Source: an uncultured Methylomirabilota bacterium
Lineage (GTDB): Bacteria; Methylomirabilota; Methylomirabilia; Methylomirabilales; 2-02-FULL-66-22
Reading direction: 5' to 3'
NCBI GenBank assembly: GCA_963845565.1
Contig: CAWJSJ010000004.1
Span: 1 to 64,000 of the forward strand
DNA length: 64,000 nt
Below, piece by piece: positions 10,376-22,040 of the stretch. The notes beneath the pieces are model-generated. The model was not told the origin of the DNA, made no database searches, and saw nothing but the letters and a program-made list of their open reading frames with translations. Numbering within the stretch: position 1 is the stretch's first letter; every line of letters starts with the position of its first letter. Position numbers and translations under genes: made by a program.

Positions 10376-12338
10376 ATGCAGAAGATACCGAGGATCCCCG
10401 GCACTGAGGGGTCTCGCCGAGCCGGCTGGGTGGCGATCGTGGGACTCATCACCCTGGGTCTCGTCCTGGGGCTGGGGAGTCTTCCGGCGCAGGCGGCACA
10501 GCTCACCGTCAGTTGGAGCGATGCCACCCCGGACGACCATACCGGGTTCAAGGTGGAGCGGAAGACGGGGACCACCGGCGCCTTTGCGCAGGTCGCCACC
10601 ACGGGCGCGACGGTGATGGCCTATGTCGATACCACGCTGACCGCCGGGACCACGTACTGCTACCGGGTTCGGGCCTACAATGCCGTGGGGGATTCCCCGT
10701 ATACCCCCGAGGCGTGTGCAGCGGCCCCCACGGCAGTGCTCCGCACCCTGACCGTGGCGAAGAGCGGCACCGGCACCGGGACGGTCGACACCAGCCCGGC
10801 CGGGATCAGCTGCGGGAGCACCTGCAGTGCCACCTACGCCTCCGGCACCAGCGTCGCCCTGAGCGCCACGCCCACCACTGGCTCCACCTTCACCGGCTGG
10901 AGTGGGGCGTGTAGCGGCACCAGCGGCTGCGCCCTGGTGTTGGATGCCAACAAGAGCGCCACGGCCACGTTCGCCCTGAGCACCGCGACCACTTACGCCC
11001 TCACCGTCACCAAGGCGGGCACGGGGAGTGGCACCGTCACGTCCAGCCCGAGCGGCATCACCTGTGGGAGCACCTGCAGCGCGAGCTACAACTCCGGCAC
11101 GAGCGTCACCTTGACCGCGGCCGCCGCCACCGGCGCGACCTTCACCGGGTGGAGTGGGGCCTGCACGGGCACGGGGACCTGTGCCGTGAGCATGACGGCG
11201 GCTCGAAGCGTGACGGCGACCTTTGCGGGAAGCACTCCGACCACTTACGCCCTCACCGTCACCAAGGCGGGCACGGGGAGTGGCACCGTCACGTCCAGCC
11301 CGAGCGGCATCACCTGTGGGAGCACCTGCAGCGCGAGCTATACCGGCGGGACCAGCGTCACCCTGACGGCGACGCCCGCCACCGGCGCGACCTTCACCGG
11401 GTGGAGTGGGGCCTGCACGGGCACGGGGAGCTGTGTGGTGTCCATGACCGCGGCCAAGAGCGCCACGGCCACCTTCGCCCTGAGCACCGCGACGACCTAC
11501 GCACTCACCGTCACCAAGAGCGGCACCGGCACCGGGACCGTCACCTCCACCCCGGCCGGGATCACCTGTGGCAGTACCTGCAGTGCGAGCTACAACTCCA
11601 GCACGAGCGTGACCTTGACGGCGGCGGCTTCCGCTGGTTCCACGTTCTCCGGCTGGAGTGGGGCCTGCACGGGCACGGGGACCTGTGTGGTGTCCATGAC
11701 CGCGGCCAAGAGTGCGACCGCCACCTTCGCCCTGAGCACCGCGACCCCAGCCCCGCTTACCATATCCAGCGTCACTGCCACCCAGGGGAGCCCGCTGGTC
11801 GCCGGGACGCCGCTCACCCTCACCGCCACGGCAACCGGGGGCACCGCCCCCTATCAGTTCAAGTGGTGGGTCTGGAACGGGAGCACCTGGACCATCGCGC
11901 GGGACTGGGGGACCGGCAACACCCTCACTGGGACGACGCCGCCAACGGGGAACTACGAGGTCCATGCCTGGGTCCGTAACAGCGGCGTGACCGCGGACAC
12001 CTGGCAGGCGTGGGGACGCTTGGCCTACACGGTGACGGGCAGCGGCCTCACCATGACCCTGTCCAGGGTCACCGCCGACCAGGGGAGCCCAGTGGTGGCC
12101 GGGACGCCGCGTCACCCTCACCGCCACGGCAACCGGGGGCACCGCCCCCTATCAGTTCAAGTGGTGGGTCTGGAACGGGAGCGCCTGGACCGTTGCGCGG
12201 GACTGGGGGACCGGCAACACTCTCAACTGGACGCCGCCGGCCCCCGGCAACTACGAGGTCCACGCCTGGGTCCGCAACAGCGGCGTGACCGCGGACACCT
12301 GGCAGGCGTGGGGACGCTTGGCCTACACGGTGCGGTGA
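10376..12338 (+). CDS. Secreted modular protein: FN3 + 4 InlB-B-type repeats + 2 Trp-rich Ig-like repeats (frameshift near 12110)
   Basis: Signal peptide; YCYRVRAYN; 84-aa repeats LTVTKAGTGSGTVTSSPSGITCGSTC..FTGWSGAC; duplicated YQFKWWVWNG..W...RDW..NYEVHAWVRN. Confidence 0.82.
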
Positions 12339-12784
12339 CGGCGGTCACCCCATAACCAGGGCCGCTTTGTCGGGACCGTGCTGTCGGGATCCAGGACCAC
12401 CCACGGACGCCGGGGTGGCCACCTGCCTCCGCGTTGGGTCGTTACGACCCAACGCGTCCCTCCGTCGCGCCCCCTATTCGGCTCCTCGCCATCGCGGTGG
12501 CGCTCACCTGAGCCTGCATAGATCTCAACCTCCCGCCGAACAAAGAGTGGTGGGCGAATGGTGGCGCGCCGCCCGGCCTGGATGCAGGGACCGGACGAGG
12601 CGGCGAGGGGGTAGAGGAGGCCGAACGGCTGGTGGAGGCGCGGTGGCGTCATCGGAGCTGGTGACCTGACGGAGCCAGCGGGCGCACCCCGCAACGACAC
12701 GCCCAGCGCTTGGCAGGGGTGCAACGCCCGCGCGCACGGGGGCGTGACATGCGAGCGGGGTCCCGCTCGTGGGAATGAGGAACC

Positions 12785-13174
12785 ATGACGGAGGCGCAGG
12801 AGAGGCGAGCGGTGCGGCGCACGCGACTGGCCGAGCGGCCCACGGCGCGGGTGCGGGGCATGCGGGCGGTCCGCCTTCTCGACCTCAGCCCCACGGGTGC
12901 ACAGATCGAGCACCTCGACCTCTTCCGGTTCGGGGCCTCCTGTGCTCTCGATCTCCCACCGCCCTTTGCTGTACTGAGCGTGCCCGCGCAGGTGGTCTGG
13001 TGCATGGTAGTCGGACGGAAACGCAAGCTGGGAGGCGACTCACACCTCGTGGCCCGTAGCGGCCTCCGGTTCACGACGCTCACCGTCGCGCAGCATGCGG
13101 CCCTCGCCGACACCCTGCAGCACCTCGCGGCCACGCGGCAACCCGGCGTTGACAGTCGGCGGTGTTTGGCGTAG
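12785..13174 (+). CDS. PilZ domain protein
   Basis: ERRAVRR, LLDLSPTGAQI, VVWC, SGLRF. Confidence 0.78.
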   Translation: MTEAQERRAVRRTRLAERPTARVRGMRAVRLLDLSPTGAQIEHLDLFRFGASCALDLPPPFAVLSVPAQVVWCMVVGRKRKLGGDSHLVARSGLRFTTLTVAQHAALADTLQHLAATRQPGVDSRRCLA

Positions 13175-13462
13175 GTTCGTCTCACTCTCGGCCACCGTTC
13201 CTGATATAAAGCCCACGCGCTTCGTTGCCAGTCGTCTGCGTACCATCAGGAGGGTTTTATGGCTCTCCCTCGGCACAGAACGACATGGGCAATCACGCTC
13301 GCCCTTGGCTTCCTCATCTTCTTCCCCCTCGACGTGCTCGCCCGTGGTGGCGGTCGTTCGAGCGACTACACGCGCCCAACGCACAACCGCAGGATAAGAC
13401 GAAACGGGAACTCCGGCCATAGGCGCTCGGACGTCTGGTCTTAGGAGTTGACGGAGGCAGGA

Positions 13463-14494
13463 ATGTCCGAATCATGGTTCTACCACATCTCGCAGGCAGG
13501 AAAACTCGCGCGCGTCGCCACCGTGGACGCAACCCTGGCTGCGGCAAAGGGTGGCGGGTTTGTGTGGCTGCATTACGGCCAAACAACGAAGGAGGAACTC
13601 TCGCACCTCATCGATCCCTTGGGCCTCCATCCGCTGGCGATCGAGGATTGTTTTGACGAAAACCAGATCCCCAAGATTGAAGACTTTCCGCGAAATACCT
13701 TTATCCTCTTCAACGCCTTTGACTATGCAAACCAACAGCTGTCGATCGGCGAGATCGATCTGTTTATCGGCGATACCTTTCTGGTGACCGTCAGCCAGCG
13801 CAATGCCGACAATCGCCGATTTGTGGACGGCATTGAGCACATCGTGGAGACGAACATCGAGAGCGCTCGGCACGGACCGTCGTTCCTGATGCACGTCATC
13901 CTTGACTATGTGGTGGATCAAAAGTTTGTGGCGATCGAAGCGCTCGAAGACGAACTGGACGCCGTAGAAGGGGCGATGCTGGCTGACGCTTCAAGCTTCA
14001 ACCCCGCAGAGCTGATCCGATTCCGTCGGTACTTGTTGAGTCTCCGCAAGAGTCTGTTCCACGAGCGGGAGATCCTCGCCAAGATCTGTCGCAAAGATTG
14101 TCCCTTCATAGCGGAAAAGGCCATCTTCCACTATCGAGACATCTACGACCATCTCGTGAGATTCTTCGAGTTGACCGAGTCGTACCGGGATATAGTCACC
14201 AGTCTCATGGAAATGTACCTGTCGATGCTGAACAACCAGATGACCAAGGCCGCCAACGAGACCAACGTGACAGTCAGGCGGCTGACGTTCATCACCACGA
14301 TCTTTATGCCGCTCACGCTCCTGGCGGGAATCGGCGGGATGTCAGAGTGGTCGATGATGACCGGACCGGAGCACTGGAGGATCGCATATCCGGCCTTCCT
14401 GTTCGCGATGGTCGTGATCGGTTTTGCCAGCTACTACCTGCTCAACCGGCTTGAGAAGCGAGGCCGACGACGGGACCGGCGTACGCTGGGATAG
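13463..14494 (+). CDS. corA: CorA family magnesium/cobalt transporter
   Basis: LHPLAIED, PKIEDF, YRDIYDHL, RLTFITTIFMPLT, GGMS (GMN-like) and 2 C-terminal TMs. Confidence 0.9.
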   Translation: MSESWFYHISQAGKLARVATVDATLAAAKGGGFVWLHYGQTTKEELSHLIDPLGLHPLAIEDCFDENQIPKIEDFPRNTFILFNAFDYANQQLSIGEIDLFIGDTFLVTVSQRNADNRRFVDGIEHIVETNIESARHGPSFLMHVILDYVVDQKFVAIEALEDELDAVEGAMLADASSFNPAELIRFRRYLLSLRKSLFHEREILAKICRKDCPFIAEKAIFHYRDIYDHLVRFFELTESYRDIVTSLMEMYLSMLNNQMTKAANETNVTVRRLTFITTIFMPLTLLAGIGGMSEWSMMTGPEHWRIAYPAFLFAMVVIGFASYYLLNRLEKRGRRRDRRTLG

Positions 14495-14869
14495 ACGGCG
14501 AGGGCACGAGGCGCATCTGGCTGCACGGAGGTCGGTCTGGCCGAAGGCCAGGTAGTTCGAGGAAGAAAGATGGTGCGGATGGTCCCCTTCGATCGACAGA
14601 TGCGCACGGCGATCCGCCCGACCCGGATCACCCCCGATGTGACCTACGAACCCCCCTTGCAGTTCGGCTTCGGGATCAACGATCAGACGGTGGTTGGGTC
14701 CAAGGCGACGATGGGCCTCCTTGTGCCGTTCCCGGAATTTCTTCGGGAGAAACCCCGCACCGTGCCATGATGTCCGCGCAGGGGCCACGCCTTCAGCCTC
14801 CCATGTCCATTGCGCTGCCCTCCCTTCCTGTTCCCCCTTCGGGATGTTCGGGCAACAGAGTGCGTTTCC

Positions 14870-15454
14870 CGCCGGATCTCCTTTTCATTCTCACCCGCGA
14901 AGTTCCCGCTACCGTACTTCACACAACATAACCTGCCGCATGCGTGGCCGGCGTTTCTTGACGACTTCCAGCGCCACTGGCCCACCGACGAGGACGGGAT
15001 CTACGTCCAGTTCGTCCGCGACGGCGCGCACGGCCAGGGTGCCGCCCGTTCCGGCAACCCTCGCTGGCGGCGGTTGACGGAGATACGGGCTGGCGCAGCC
15101 AAGTCGGTCTTTCATTTCGACGTGCAAGGCTCGGTGGCGAAATCAACCCATGCGGGGTTGCCGTGGTTGCGCTACCTCCGTCAGAACGCGCTGGGACGCG
15201 TGCATTTCTGGCCGTTCGACGGCTGGGAGATCCCAGCCGGCCGGTCGGTGGTGGCAGAGGTCTATCCGTCGTTGTGGAGGCGCACGTTCACCCTGGAGGG
15301 CCTCACCCGCGACCAACAAGACGCCTATGCGGTCGCCGCATGGATGCGCCAGGCGGATCTCGACGGTAGTCTTGCAGAGTTCTTCACGCCGTCCCTGACG
15401 GATGACGAACGCAAGCAATCTGAGATAGAGGGTTGGATATTGGGAATTAAGTGA
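14870..15454 (+). pseudogene. 5'-truncated conserved hypothetical protein (DUF429/RNase-H-like)
   Basis: RRLTE, QGSVAKSTHAG, HFWPFDGW, AEVYPSL, DAYA, EGWILG; no credible start. Confidence 0.5.
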
Positions 15455-15885
15455 GATCGCTGACAAAGATTGTGCTTTCGTTTAAGAATATGAGGCGAAC
15501 CTCCACCCGCGAGAATATCATCACGGGAATATCGAACTTGACATTCGGCTCTTGCGGGCACTCTTCGTGGGGGCCCGGCGTACCATGGCGTTTCTCGCTG
15601 AGACTACCGACTCGCTGGCGATCTATACCGTTCCTGCTTACAGCCCTTACCTCCCCCATCTGCGACAATCCGAACAGATCCGCCTTATCCGGCATGGGCT
15701 GGACGACGATTTGATTGGACTTGTGGATTCCTAACCCGCATTATTCGTGAACGAGGAAAGTCAAAGGTGACGCAAGTGGCAATGTCCCGCAGGAGGATGA
15801 ACAGACGCGTCGGGGGTTCCGTAAGCGTACTCGAAAAGCGGCAGCGGAGAAACGAGAGGGCACGCAGCGAAAAGGAGGGAAGTCC

Positions 15886-16940
15886 ATGCGATCCTGGGAT
15901 CTGAGGAACGTGGGTGGCTGGTCCGCCATGCTAGGGGGTGCGGTCCTGTTATGGGTGGTGGCGATCACGCCAGCGCTGGCTGGACAGCCCATCGTGCTGC
16001 GCCTGGGCACCGGCGACCCCGGGGCGCGTCATCCACGAGCACGACCAGCGCGAAATTCGCGGAGTCGGCCAATCAAAAGAGCAATGGGGAGCTGGACGTC
16101 AAGGTCTTCTACCAATCACTGGGGACGGAGGCGGGCCTCACCGAACAGGTGGTCGGCGGCAGCGTGGACATGGGCACGTGCGCCATGGGGAATCTGTCCC
16201 GGTTCACCGACGCGTTCCTGACTCTGGATCTGCCGTTCCTGTTCAAGGGCGACGCCGCGGTGCTCGAGTTCCTGGAGAAGGATCCCCAGGGGAAGAAGGT
16301 GATCGAGAAGTTCGAGAAGGATGCGGGGCTCAAGGTGTTGTTGCCGATGACCCACACGTCGACGTCCGAGGTGAACGGTGCGAATATCTCCACGCGGAAC
16401 AAGCTGCTCCGGGTCCCAGCGGACATCAAGGGGCTGAAGCTCCGCACCATGACCACCCCGGTCGATCAGGCGCTGTTTAAGGCGTGGGGCGGCGAATCCC
16501 ACGCCGGTGGACTGGGGCCAGCTCTACTCGGGCTCCAGCAGGGCGTGGTGGACGGTTCCACGGGTTCCACCTTGCCGGCATATGCGTCGATCAAGATGTA
16601 CGAGGTTACCAAGTACTACCTCGCCATCGGCTTCCGAAACTTTACGCTCCCGATGTTCATCAACGCGAAGAAGTTCGCTCTCTCACCCCCGCCCAGCAGA
16701 AGGCGCTGATCGACGCGGGCGCCGAGGCCGAGGCGTTCAACCGGAAGGATGCCACGGGGTTCGTCGAGCGCGCTCTCGACGCGACCAAGAAGGCCGGCAC
16801 CCAGATCTACGTCCCCACGCCGGACGAGACGCTCAGTGGACATCTGTGCGCGACAAGGTCTGGAAGGAGGTGGCGGAGCAGTTCAAGGGCAAGGTGGACC
16901 TGAATTTGGCGAATCAGATCAAGGGAAGTACGGTTGCTAG
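15886..16940 (+). CDS. dctP: TRAP substrate-binding protein DctP (several frameshifts)
   Basis: Signal peptide, LDLPFLF, DIKGLKLR, LQQGVVDG across frames. Confidence 0.8.
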
Positions 16941-17133
16941 GGATCGACCGCCAGTCTTGGTGCTTTCCGGGGATGCCACAGGAGGCGTGGGTTGGGGACC
17001 ACCGCCCAGCCTCCTTGGCGCCGCATCTACGGGACTGGACCCTCAGCAGGTGTCGCGCGAGGATACGCTCGCACGGATGCGCGGATGCCCATGGATCCGG
17101 CGCGAATACCCGCCAGGCGGGGAGAGTAAATCA

Positions 17134-19028
17134 ATGACGATAACCGAGAACCCAGGGGCCTCTCGCACCGACCGGCAGGGAACGCCCCTGGGTGCGCCAG
17201 CTCGTGACCGCCAGCAATGCCGTGGAGGTCACATGCACCGTCTTCGCCGTGGTGGGCACTGTCCTCGCTATATCATGCTGGCAGGCGTGTTCTTCCGCTA
17301 CGTGCTGAACACTCCTGGCATGGTCCGATGAGATGTCGCTTTCATGGTCTTCACCTGGGACGCTCCTCTCCATCGCGTCCGGATACCTGCACGATAAGCA
17401 CGTAAATCTCGACCTGCTGGTCGCGAAGACCCGACCGGCGAGCGCGCGGTCTGGCCGTGCTGGCCGAAGGGCTCGCGCTGGGGTTCTTAGTGTCGATGAG
17501 CGTGTCCGGGGTGTACGCCCTCCAGTTCGCCGGCCGCATGCGCACCGATGCGCTGCAGTGGCCGATGTGGATTCCGTACCTGTCGATCCCCGTGGCGTGT
17601 GCCATCATGGACCTCCACTGGGTGCGCCGGAACGCGGAGCGGGGATCACGGAACGGGCTGGTGATCAAGCTGCTGATCGCGGCGGCGTTCTTTGTCCTCG
17701 TGTATTTGCCGATCGGCCAGTACGTCCAACTCCCCCGATGGCGCGCGGCGTGCCGCTGCTGGTCGCCCTGTTCGGGCCCATGCTGATCGGCGTCCCGGTG
17801 GCCCTGTCGCTCGGATTCATGGCCACGTTCTATATCGGGACACTGGGGGACGTGCCGTTCTACCTCGGCGCCTCCCAGATCTACAACGGCCTCAACCTGT
17901 TGGCCCTGATGGCGATCCCGCTCCTCATCTTGGCCGGGAAACTCATGCATGAAGCGGGGCTCGCCCAACGCATGGTCGACTTTGCGCAGGTGCTCGTCGG
18001 GCGGGTCCGAGGTGGCCTGGGGGCCGCCAACGTGGTGGCGAGTTTCCTCTTTGGCGACATTTCCGGCTCCGCGGTGTCGGATACGGCGGCCATCGGGTCC
18101 CTGATGATTCCGCAGATGAAGCAGCGGGGGTACCGTCCGGCCTTCTGTGCCGCGCTCCAGGGGACCGCCGGCACACTGGGAATGATGGCACCTCTGGCCA
18201 TCACGATTTTGCTGTACGCCAGTGCCACCAACACCTCGGTGAGCCGCCTCGCCGCCGCTACGATCCTGCCGGCCGTCCTGCTGGCGGGAAGCTTCATGCT
18301 GGTCACGTTGCTTCACGCGCGGCGACACGACTATCCCCGGGAGCACGTGCCGGCGGCTTCCATCGTCCCGCGGACGCTTAGGGCCATGCCGGGTATTTGC
18401 GCTCGTGCTGGTCATCGGCGGCATTCTAGGGGGAGCGTTCACCCCGGCCGAGGTCGGCGCGGTGCTGCTGGCCTACGTGCTGCTCCTCTCAGTCCTTTAT
18501 GGGACCGCGCAACCGCGACGCCTCTATCGCGGAATCGTCGAGGCGGGGTACATCAGCGGTATGACCCTCTTCATGGCGGCGACCTCGTCTTTTCTGGGGT
18601 TTGTCATGGCCCGAGACCTCGTCTCCGATCATATCGTAGCCGTCGTCACCGCCCTCAGCACCAACAAATACTGGGTGATCCTACTCGTCAGCGTGGTCTT
18701 CATCATTCTCGGCATGATCCTGGAACCGCCGGCGATGATCTTTGGATTCCTGCCGGCATTCATGCCGCTCCTCGTGAAGGTCGGCGTCGATGTCGTCCAC
18801 TGGGGGGTGCTGTTCTGCACGAACATGGGGCTTGGATGCATCATCCCCCCCGTGGCCCTGAACTTGTTTGTCTCAACCCAGCTTGCCGGCGTTCGGTACG
18901 AGGAGGCGGTGCGGGCGACGGTTCCATTCATCGTGATCATGGTCATCGATCTGATGATCATGGCCCTGATTCCCGTCATTCCGCTTCTGCTTCCCCACCT
19001 GTTGTTCGACTACCCCTTGCCGCGATAG
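17134..19028 (+). CDS. TRAP fused small+large permease DctQM (several frameshifts)
   Basis: GVFFRYVLN and HVNLD (DctQ), then ISGSAVSDTAAIG, FTPAE, VHWGV, IIPPVALNLFV (DctM). Confidence 0.8.
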
Positions 19029-19102
19029 CGCTGGGGATTCACGATTGCTGGAATCGTCCCTGGGTGGGACGCCGGTAGCATAATCGGCAGAGGAGAAACG
19101 GC

Positions 19103-19819
19103 ATGGCCAGGCTACGATACTTGGGCATCTCATTCTTCGAGCTCGTCACGGACAGCGGGAAGGTGGTTTACATTGATCCCTGCATCTCCATCAATCCGGA
19201 TTGCCCCATTACCCTCCAGGACATTCCCCGGGCGGACTTGGTCCTGGTCACCCACATGGCCCGGGATCACTCGCAGCGACATGATTCCCCTCCTCCAGCA
19301 GACGGGCGCTCAGCTTGTCTGCGCCCGGGATGCCGCGCATGCGGCGACGCAGGCCGGGATCCCGCCGAGCGGGTGAAGGTTGTGCTCTCGGGTGTGGCAG
19401 TGGAGCAGGCGGGGATTCGGGTCAAGGCCCTGAAGACGGAGCATGGCTCGTGGTCGATCCAGGACGGTCGGCCGGTCTTCGATCTTTCCTTGGGTTACAT
19501 CGTCGATGTCCGAGAGGGTGTGGGGATCTACCACGTTGGCGACACCTCGATCTTTAGCGAGTTCGAATTGTTTGGGCGTCTCTACCGACCGACGGTCATG
19601 CTTACGCCAATTGGCATGTTCCCCGGCGCGATTACGGAGATGGATCCGTGGGAAGCGGCGATTGCCACCGCCATGGTTCGGCCCCGGATCACCGTGCCCA
19701 TCCACTACGACCGCAAGACGCAGGCCGAGTACCCGGCGCGCTTCGCCCAGCACCTCGCGACTGAGTCGCCTGGTACTGAAGTCAAGATCCTGGCGCCCGG
19801 CGAGGTCCTGGAGGTGTAA
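19103..19819 (+). CDS. Metallo-beta-lactamase-fold hydrolase (UPF0173-like)
   Basis: YIDP, THMARDH, YHVGDTS, VPIHY; short compensated frameshift near 19280-19370. Confidence 0.8.
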   Translation: MARLRYLGISFFELVTDSGKVVYIDPCISINPDCPITLQDIPRADLVLVTHMARDHSQRHDSPPPADGRSACLRPGCRACGDAGRDPAERVKVVLSGVAVEQAGIRVKALKTEHGSWSIQDGRPVFDLSLGYIVDVREGVGIYHVGDTSIFSEFELFGRLYRPTVMLTPIGMFPGAITEMDPWEAAIATAMVRPRITVPIHYDRKTQAEYPARFAQHLATESPGTEVKILAPGEVLEV

Positions 19820-20335
19820 CGCCCCGAAGGCAGAGCCGGCTCCGGGAGATAGGGCAGGCGTTTACGTGAAAACTCTGCTCTTCTGAAATTGCGGGCCGTT
19901 GGCAATTAGTGCAACGGGCTCTGGTTCACGCCCTGCATCTCCGCCCGCTGCTTCCCCCCGCCACGTTCCCGCCGGTTTGCGCTTGACTGAAGCTGCGGAT
20001 CATGTCGTTTTCTGGCAGAGCCCACGAGTGCTGTGAGAGGCGACGGCTAGTCTTGCTTGCATTCCATCGGCCCTCGCGCAATACTCCAACCGCTCTCGTC
20101 TCCCTCGAGCAATGAACCGGACCGAACGCACAGAAGCAGCGCATTCGCATGTGTCGACCGTGTCTGAATCACGTCCGCAGGTATTGCAGCGTCCTGAATG
20201 AGAAGGATACGCACCGAGTGCTGGGTGACAACATTGCCGAGTGGCGTGGCATCACTCTCCAAGAGTCGTAGTGCTTGACGTCTTTCACGGATGGTTCATC
20301 AACCCGTGTCACAAATCACGAGGAGGGACAGCGCG

Positions 20336-21346
20336 ATGGCCGGACAGACACGCAAAGGATTGGGTCGTGCCGTTGGTCTCGGACTTTTAGCCGTGACGGT
20401 TTCGCTGGCTTTCTTGGCAGGAGACGCCATGGCTGGGGCCAAGGTGCTCAAGCTGGGATCGATCCAGACGACGACCGATCCCACCCACCAAGGACTCATG
20501 AAGTTCGCAGAGCTGGTGGCACAGCGCAGTCAAGGGCGCTACGAGGTTCGACTCTTCCCTGCCTCGCAACTCGGGACTCTCCAGGCCCAGCTGGATGCCG
20601 TCATCATGGGCGCTCAGGAGATGTTCATGATCGGCTGGGGCGGGCTCGGGACCCAGTCGAAGGATTTCGACATCAGTGGGTTCCCGATCCTCTTCCGGGA
20701 CCAAGAGCACGCCTGGAAGTTTGCGGTCAGCCCGGCGGGGCAGGAAATGTACGAGCGACTTCGGGCGGAGCGCAGCCTCCGGCCCCTGAGCATCGACTGG
20801 CTGTGGCCGCCTCGGCAGATCGTATCCCGGCGCCCCATCCGGACTGCGGCGGACATGAAGGGCCTGAAGATGCGCGTTTCCGAGCAGAAGGTGTGGAGCG
20901 AGTCCTGGCGGGCCATGGGGATCTACCCCACACCGATGGCCTGGGGCGAGATCTTCACCGGACTCCAGCAGGGGATCGTCGAGGCTCTCGAAGGGCCGTC
21001 CACGCAGCTCATCCCGATGAAGTTCACCGATGTCGCAAAGAATGTCACGATGACGAACCACACGAAGTTCATCGCCCATATCATGGTAGGCGACAAGTGG
21101 TTCCAATCCCTGAGCCCGCAAGACCAGAAGATGTTCGTGGACGCCTCGAAGGAGGCGGGTGCCTATGGGAACAAGCTGGTCCAGGAGGCGGATGCGCGGT
21201 TTGTCGAAGACCTGAAGAAACAGGGGGTCAGCGTCCTCACGCCGGAGCCCGGATTTTTCGATGTGCTGAAGGACCTGCCGGCGAAGTTCGAAGCGGAGGG
21301 CCTGTGGTCCAAGGGGCTGTACCAGAAGATCCAGGATGTCAAGTAG
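20336..21346 (+). CDS. dctP: TRAP substrate-binding protein DctP
   Basis: Signal peptide, FPASQLG, DMKGLKMR, GLQQGIVEALEGP. Confidence 0.92.
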   Translation: MAGQTRKGLGRAVGLGLLAVTVSLAFLAGDAMAGAKVLKLGSIQTTTDPTHQGLMKFAELVAQRSQGRYEVRLFPASQLGTLQAQLDAVIMGAQEMFMIGWGGLGTQSKDFDISGFPILFRDQEHAWKFAVSPAGQEMYERLRAERSLRPLSIDWLWPPRQIVSRRPIRTAADMKGLKMRVSEQKVWSESWRAMGIYPTPMAWGEIFTGLQQGIVEALEGPSTQLIPMKFTDVAKNVTMTNHTKFIAHIMVGDKWFQSLSPQDQKMFVDASKEAGAYGNKLVQEADARFVEDLKKQGVSVLTPEPGFFDVLKDLPAKFEAEGLWSKGLYQKIQDVK

Positions 21347-21394
21347 GCCGTTGTCAAGGAACCACATGACCGGAGAAATTCGGGGACGGCATAA

Positions 21395-21445
21395 GGAGCC
21401 GTAACGAAATTACAAACAATGGCCACGTGATTTCGTAACGGCTCC
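21395..21445. mobile_element. 51-bp miniature inverted-repeat element, copy B
   Basis: ggagccgtaacgaaat...atttcgtaacggctcc, flanks TAA/TGA. Confidence 0.7.
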
Positions 21446-21518
21446 TGAGCAGCGCCGGCGGGCGGGGAGTGGCGCGAGGCACTCCCCGCTCGGGGCGCCT
21501 GAGGGGAGCAAGAACGCT

Positions 21519-22040
21519 ATGAGGCTCGGTGCACTCCTGCGAACGACGTCTCAGGCGGCGGCGTGTGTCGAGAAATGGGCGGCCGTACTCCTGATCCTCG
21601 TCATGGTGACCGCGGTCACCATGCAGGTGATCTGGCGCTTCGTGCTTGCCAGTCCGCTCGCCTGGACGGAAGAGGCGGCGCGCCTGGCCATGATCTGGAT
21701 GGTGTTCATGGTCGTGGGCTGGGCGATCGGCAACCGCACCCACATCGCCGCCGATTTCATGGTCCAGAAACTTCCCGAGCGGTGGCAGCGACGGCTACGC
21801 GTGGTGACCACGGCCACTATCGCAGCGTTCTCCATGCTCCTCCTGGTTGCCGGCGCTCGCCTCGTGATCCTCCAAAGCGTGGCAGCCAACACACCAATCG
21901 GCCTCCCGCGAAGCGTCTTCAGCCTCCAAGTTCCCGTGAGCGCCTTCTTCGTCCTGGTCCATACCCTGGACCTTTTCTGGCAGGATCTGGCGGGGGAGCG
22001 CGTGAGTCCAGGAACGGCACCGACGGAGGCGCGGCCATGA
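21519..22040 (+). CDS. dctQ: TRAP small permease DctQ
   Basis: QVIWRFVL, WTEEAAR, HIAAD. Confidence 0.9.
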   Translation: MRLGALLRTTSQAAACVEKWAAVLLILVMVTAVTMQVIWRFVLASPLAWTEEAARLAMIWMVFMVVGWAIGNRTHIAADFMVQKLPERWQRRLRVVTTATIAAFSMLLLVAGARLVILQSVAANTPIGLPRSVFSLQVPVSAFFVLVHTLDLFWQDLAGERVSPGTAPTEARP

